Of a DNA stretch of 64,000 nucleotides, positions 60,007 through 64,000 are shown piece after piece; positions within the stretch are counted from its first letter, which is position 1, and the number at the start of each line of letters is the position of its first letter. The translations under genes were made by a program, and so were the position numbers. Source of the stretch: an uncultured SAR86 cluster bacterium (lineage in GTDB: Bacteria; Pseudomonadota; Gammaproteobacteria; Magnimaribacterales; D2472); the NCBI GenBank assembly GCA_943846785.1, contig OX044367.1, positions 914,831 through 978,830 on the forward strand, given 5' to 3'. The notes under the pieces were generated by a model, which saw only the letters and a program-made list of their open reading frames with translations, made no database searches and was not told the origin of the DNA.

Positions 60007-61233
60007 TTAACCACCAAAATCATCTAACGCTATATTCTCTGGTTCAACTCCTATATTTAGCAATAAATCTATAACAGCTTTGTTCATCATAGGTGGGCCA
60101 CACATATAATACTCACAGTCCTCTGGTGCTTCATGATTTTTTAAATAATTTTCATATAAAACATTATGGATAAAACCTGTATCTCCATCCCAATCATCTT
60201 CATCCTGAGGATCAGATAATGCTACATGCCATTCAAAATTATCATATTTTTCAGCAAGGTCATTAAATTCATCTACATAAAACATTTCTTTAAGGCTTCT
60301 AGCTCCATACCAAAAAGTAATTTTTCTGTCAGTATTAATTCGTAACAATTGATCAAAGATATGTGATCTCATAGGAGCCATACCAGCACCTCCGCCAACA
60401 AAAACCATTTCATTTGGTGTTTCTTTAGCAAAGAATTCCCCAAATGGCCCAAATACCTTAACTTTATCTCCTGGTTTTAGGTTAAATGTCCATGAAGACA
60501 TAACACCTGGAGGGAAATCAGTACCTGGAGGTGGAGAGGCAATTCTAATATTAAATTTTATGACTCCTTTCTCTTCAGGATAATTCGCCATAGAGTAAGC
60601 CCTAATAACAGGCTCTAGGTTTACGGCTTTATTATCCCAGATTTTAAAATGATCCCAGTCACCATGATACTCATCTTGAATATCAAAAGACTTATAGTCA
60701 ATTTCATACGCAGGAGCTTCAAGCTGGACATAACCACCAGCTTTAAAATCAACATTTTCTCCTTCAGGAAGTTTTAGAACTAGCTCCTTAATAAAAGTAG
60801 CTACATTATCATTAGAGATAACTTCGCATTCCCATTCTTTAACACCAAAGATTTCTTCAGGCACTTCAATTTTCATATCATTTTTTACAGCAACCTGGCA
60901 TGAAAGTCTCCAACCATCATTTTTTTCCTTAGAATTAAAATGAGATTCTTCAGTAGGTAAGATTGAACCGCCGCCATCAAGAATGACACATTTACATTGA
61001 CTACAAGTTCCACCTCCTCCACATGCTGATGATAAAAATATTTTATTTTCTGCTAATGTTTGAAGTAATTTTGATCCAGCAGGAACGACTAATGGATTTT
61101 CTGAGTCACCATTTATTTCAATAGAAACATCTCCAGTACTTACCAATTGTGATCTTGCACCAATAATCACACCGACAAGTGCTAAAACAATTCCAGAAAA
61201 AGCAACAACTCCAAGTATTAAATCTATTTGCAT
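60007..61233 (-). CDS. nqrF: Na+-translocating NADH:quinone oxidoreductase subunit F
   Basis: N-terminal TM helix, 2Fe-2S motif [12 protein letters not shown], and an FAD/NADH-binding domain. 408 aa. Confidence 0.93.
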   Translation of the reverse strand: MQIDLILGVVAFSGIVLALVGVIIGARSQLVSTGDVSIEINGDSENPLVVPAGSKLLQTLAENKIFLSSACGGGGTCSQCKCVILDGGGSILPTEESHFNSKEKNDGWRLSCQVAVKNDMKIEVPEEIFGVKEWECEVISNDNVATFIKELVLKLPEGENVDFKAGGYVQLEAPAYEIDYKSFDIQDEYHGDWDHFKIWDNKAVNLEPVIRAYSMANYPEEKGVIKFNIRIASPPPGTDFPPGVMSSWTFNLKPGDKVKVFGPFGEFFAKETPNEMVFVGGGAGMAPMRSHIFDQLLRINTDRKITFWYGARSLKEMFYVDEFNDLAEKYDNFEWHVALSDPQDEDDWDGDTGFIHNVLYENYLKNHEAPEDCEYYMCGPPMMNKAVIDLLLNIGVEPENIALDDFGG

Positions 61234-61248
61234 AATATTAAAACCTAA

Positions 61249-61860
61249 TTAAAGTGAAATCCCTCCAAAAGACATAAAACCAAAACTCATTAAACCTACA
61301 ATAATAAATGTAGCACCCAAACCCTTAAGACCCTCTGGAATATCAGAGTACTTTAACTTCTCTCTTATTCCAGCAAGTATAACAATTGCCATAGCCCAGC
61401 CAAAACCAGCACCAAGACCATACACAACACTTTCGCCAAACATTAAATCTTTTTCAATCATAAACAGTGAAGCTCCCAATATAGCGCAATTCACTGTAAT
61501 TAACGGAAGGAATACACCAAGAGCATTATATAAAGCTGGTACATATTTATCTAGAAACATTTCTAAGATTTGAACAACAGCGGCAATAACACCAATATAA
61601 CTAATTAATGAAACAAATCGTAAATCAGTTCCTTCAATCCCAGCCCAAACCAATGCATCCTCTCTTAAAACAAAATTATAGATTAAATTATTTAGAGGGA
61701 CCGTTATTAAACAAACAACAATAACAGCAATTCCAAGGCCCATAGCAGCTTCAATTTTCTTTGAAATAGCAATAAAGGTACACATACCAAGAAAAACAGA
61801 TAAGGCAATATTTTCTATAAAGACAGTAGTAATGAATATATTTAAATAATGCTCAAACAT
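61249..61860 (-). CDS. nqrE: Na+-NQR subunit E
   Basis: 203-aa polytopic protein typical of NqrE/RnfA, in the expected operon position. Confidence 0.92.
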   Translation of the reverse strand: MFEHYLNIFITTVFIENIALSVFLGMCTFIAISKKIEAAMGLGIAVIVVCLITVPLNNLIYNFVLREDALVWAGIEGTDLRFVSLISYIGVIAAVVQILEMFLDKYVPALYNALGVFLPLITVNCAILGASLFMIEKDLMFGESVVYGLGAGFGWAMAIVILAGIREKLKYSDIPEGLKGLGATFIIVGLMSFGFMSFGGISL

Positions 61861-62539
61861 TTAATTCTCTCTTAGTAAGATCAGGTGCTGTTGAGTGTTT
61901 TGATACAGTAAAGTCATCTTCCTCTACTTGAGCTGGCCTATATGCCCTTATAGCCCAAATAAATAAACCAATAATAATAAATGAGCTAGGAGGTAGAAGT
62001 AGTAAATTATTACCCATATACCAACCACCATTAGATACTAACGGTAGTATTTCATATCCAAATAAAGTTCCAGATCCAAATAACTCTCTGATAGTTGCAA
62101 CACCTATAAGAATAATACTATAGCCAAGACCATTTCCAAGACCATCAAAAAAACTTAATAAAGGCTTTTCCTTCATGGCAAAAGCTTCAGCTCTTCCCAT
62201 AACTATACAATTTGTAATTATTAAACCAACAAAAACTGATAATTTCTTACTAGTTTCATAACTATATGCCTTGAGTAACTCATCAACCACAATAACAAGA
62301 GAGGCAATGATCGTCATCTGAACAATAATTCTAATACTGCTTGGAATATAGTTCCTTATTAGAGATATGAATAAATTTGAAAAGGATACAACAGTTGTCA
62401 AAGCTATACACATAACCATAGTAACCGAGAGATTATTGGTAACTGCAAGAGCTGAACAAATACCGAGAATTTGAAGCGTAATTGGGTTTTCTTCAATAAG
62501 AGGCTTAAATATAACTTCTTTATATTTCTTAAGACTCAT
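61853..62539 (-). CDS. nqrD: Na+-NQR subunit D
   Basis: Polytopic protein. The [18 protein letters not shown] motif is typical of NqrD/RnfE. Confidence 0.92.
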   Translation of the reverse strand: MSLKKYKEVIFKPLIEENPITLQILGICSALAVTNNLSVTMVMCIALTTVVSFSNLFISLIRNYIPSSIRIIVQMTIIASLVIVVDELLKAYSYETSKKLSVFVGLIITNCIVMGRAEAFAMKEKPLLSFFDGLGNGLGYSIILIGVATIRELFGSGTLFGYEILPLVSNGGWYMGNNLLLLPPSSFIIIGLFIWAIRAYRPAQVEEDDFTVSKHSTAPDLTKRELNV

Positions 62540-63302
62540 AACTTAACTCTTTAAATAATTTTGCGTAACCAGACTCACCAAACCAATATGTAATCATGTT
62601 TGTAACTCCCCTGCTTGTAAGAGTTGCTCCAGATAAACCATCGACCTTATAGTCAATATTAGCATCATCTGTTTCTACTTTACCCTTCATAACTGCAAGT
62701 TTTACTTCATCATTCTCATATATTTTTTTACCAGGCCACATAGCTTTCCATTTAGGATTATCAACTTCAGCACCTAATCCAGGTGTTTCTTTGTGATCAT
62801 AAAATTCAAGACCTGCAACAGTATTAAAATCCTCTTCTATTGCCATATAACCATACAAGGTTCCCCATAAACCATAACCCCTAATTGGCAATATTAGCTT
62901 ATCAATAGATGAATCCTCATTTCTAACAATAAAAAATTTACCAACATTTTCACGATTTTTTATAATTGCTATATCCTCTGATGCACTTAAAGAAGTTGAT
63001 AAATTAGGGTTTCTTGTAGATTTAAGCTGATCATAATCTTCTATAACAAAATTTTCATAGGAATCTAGTATTTTTCCAGAATTAAAATCAACATATTTCA
63101 TTTCAAGCTTACTAAATTGAATCTTTACATCAACTGAAGAATCATAAATTTTAGCAGCTTGTAAAATTTTTATACTTTGATTATTTGTTGCATTTTCTTT
63201 TTGTAGATCTCTTAGATTAACTGCAGCAAAAGAGACAACCAAAGAACAAACTAAACATATAACAAATGCAACACCTAGAGTTTTAGTAACTGAATCATTC
63301 AT
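62529..63302 (-). CDS. nqrC: Na+-NQR subunit C
   Basis: N-terminal TM helix and the FMN-attachment motif [13 protein letters not shown]. Confidence 0.9.
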   Translation of the reverse strand: MNDSVTKTLGVAFVICLVCSLVVSFAAVNLRDLQKENATNNQSIKILQAAKIYDSSVDVKIQFSKLEMKYVDFNSGKILDSYENFVIEDYDQLKSTRNPNLSTSLSASEDIAIIKNRENVGKFFIVRNEDSSIDKLILPIRGYGLWGTLYGYMAIEEDFNTVAGLEFYDHKETPGLGAEVDNPKWKAMWPGKKIYENDEVKLAVMKGKVETDDANIDYKVDGLSGATLTSRGVTNMITYWFGESGYAKLFKELSYES

Positions 63303-64000
63303 TTGCCAAAGCCCTCCTTCTCTTAATATTAGACATAACTACCATGTGATCAATAACAGGAGCTAATAAATTTGCAAACAATATTGCTAGCATCATTCCT
63401 TCGGGGAACGCTGGATTAATAACTCTTATAAGAATAACTGTTATACCAATAACAATTCCATATATCCATCTTCCTGTATTAGTACCAGAACCAGAAACTG
63501 GTTCAGTCGCCATAAATACTAGTCCAAAAGCAAAGCTACCTATGACTGCATGCCAATACCAAGGAACATAGAACATTGGATTAGTATCAGATCCAACTAT
63601 ATTGAGAATAGATGACATAAATATCATTCCAACTAAAGTACCAAGTATTATTCTATATGAGGCAACCTTTGTTACTAACAGAATTATCAGGCCTATACCT
63701 ATAGCAATTACAGAGGTTTCTCCAACAGATCCTGGTACAAATCCCAAGAATGAATCCATCCAAGTGTATTGATTTAAAATACCTGGCATTCCATTTTCTG
63801 CAGCAACACCAAGAGCTGTTGCACCACTATAACCTTCAGCCACTATATTATTGTCAGCTAAACCAGCAATCCATACCTTGTCACCTGATATCTGTGATGG
63901 GTATGCAAAATAAAGGAATGCCCTTCCAGTTAAGGCTGGGTTAAGGAAATTTTTACCAGTACCACCAAAAATTTCTTTGCCGATCACAAGTCCAAAAGTT
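63295..64000 (-). CDS. nqrB: Na+-NQR subunit B, 5'-partial (continues beyond the window)
   Basis: ..[17 protein letters not shown].. and YSGATALG (FMN site) motifs. The frame stays open through nt 64000 (..[11 protein letters not shown]..). Confidence 0.9.
   Translation of the reverse strand, partial: TFGLVIGKEIFGGTGKNFLNPALTGRAFLYFAYPSQISGDKVWIAGLADNNIVAEGYSGATALGVAAENGMPGILNQYTWMDSFLGFVPGSVGETSVIAIGIGLIILLVTKVASYRIILGTLVGMIFMSSILNIVGSDTNPMFYVPWYWHAVIGSFAFGLVFMATEPVSGSGTNTGRWIYGIVIGITVILIRVINPAFPEGMMLAILFANLLAPVIDHMVVMSNIKRRRALANE

Noticed and set aside
1-64000. Search for CRISPR arrays, tRNA/rRNA, IS elements, integrases, toxin-antitoxin or known defence-system genes, and long direct or inverted repeats
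   Set aside because: Reading both strands turned up none. The paralogous genes (two receptors, two sulfatases, several GSTs) are diverged at the DNA level and are not repeats. No case for a mobile or defence island can be made from this window.

Overview
Visibly AT-rich, tightly packed chromosomal window with about 65 genes and many 1-8 nt start/stop overlaps. The gene content (Na+-NQR, two TonB-dependent receptors, many GST, sulfatase and hydrolase genes) suggests a streamlined marine gammaproteobacterium, possibly SAR86-like; that taxon is inference only. I found no rRNA, tRNA, CRISPR array, transposase, integrase, phage gene or recognisable defence gene.

Layout:
- 1-11.5 kb: lpxK-kdsB-murB, a LysE-type exporter, DUF1285, an unlisted small DUF2256 ORF, a DUF885 lipoprotein, ETF-QO with etfB and a frame-broken etfA, and a secreted amidohydrolase coupled to a ceramidase-like membrane protein.
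- 11.5-18.8 kb: an eight-gene minus-strand detoxification-type operon (sulfatase, DsbA/HCCA-isomerase-like, haloalkane-dehalogenase-like, three GSTs, DUF1330, DUF2855). Seven of its eight genes are broken by at least 14 frame changes, mostly at A/T homopolymers.
- 18.8-38 kb: MBL hydrolase, nitronate monooxygenase, TonB-dependent receptor, PsiE-like protein, an orphan secreted protein, cysK-like gene, oligopeptidase B, YeiH, a class IV aminotransferase paired with a sulfotransferase-like gene, an S10 carboxypeptidase, kbl-tdh, a TPR protein and PhoD.
- 38.4-50.4 kb: a receptor-linked catabolic island (mmsA, FAD monooxygenase, TetR, anchored sulfatase, RutE-like reductase, VOC dioxygenase, GST-like gene, TonB-dependent receptor, FAH hydrolase, GlcG). 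A 14-16 nt palindromic motif is shared between its promoter regions.
- 50.4-64 kb: housekeeping genes infA, clpS-clpA, icd, mnmA, purB and aceA, then nqrM-apbE-nqrFEDCB, with nqrB running off the window.

I did not find a convincing novel multi-gene system. The most unusual signals are the sharply localised frameshift cluster, the shared operator-like motif in the catabolic island, and a few unlisted or remnant ORFs.
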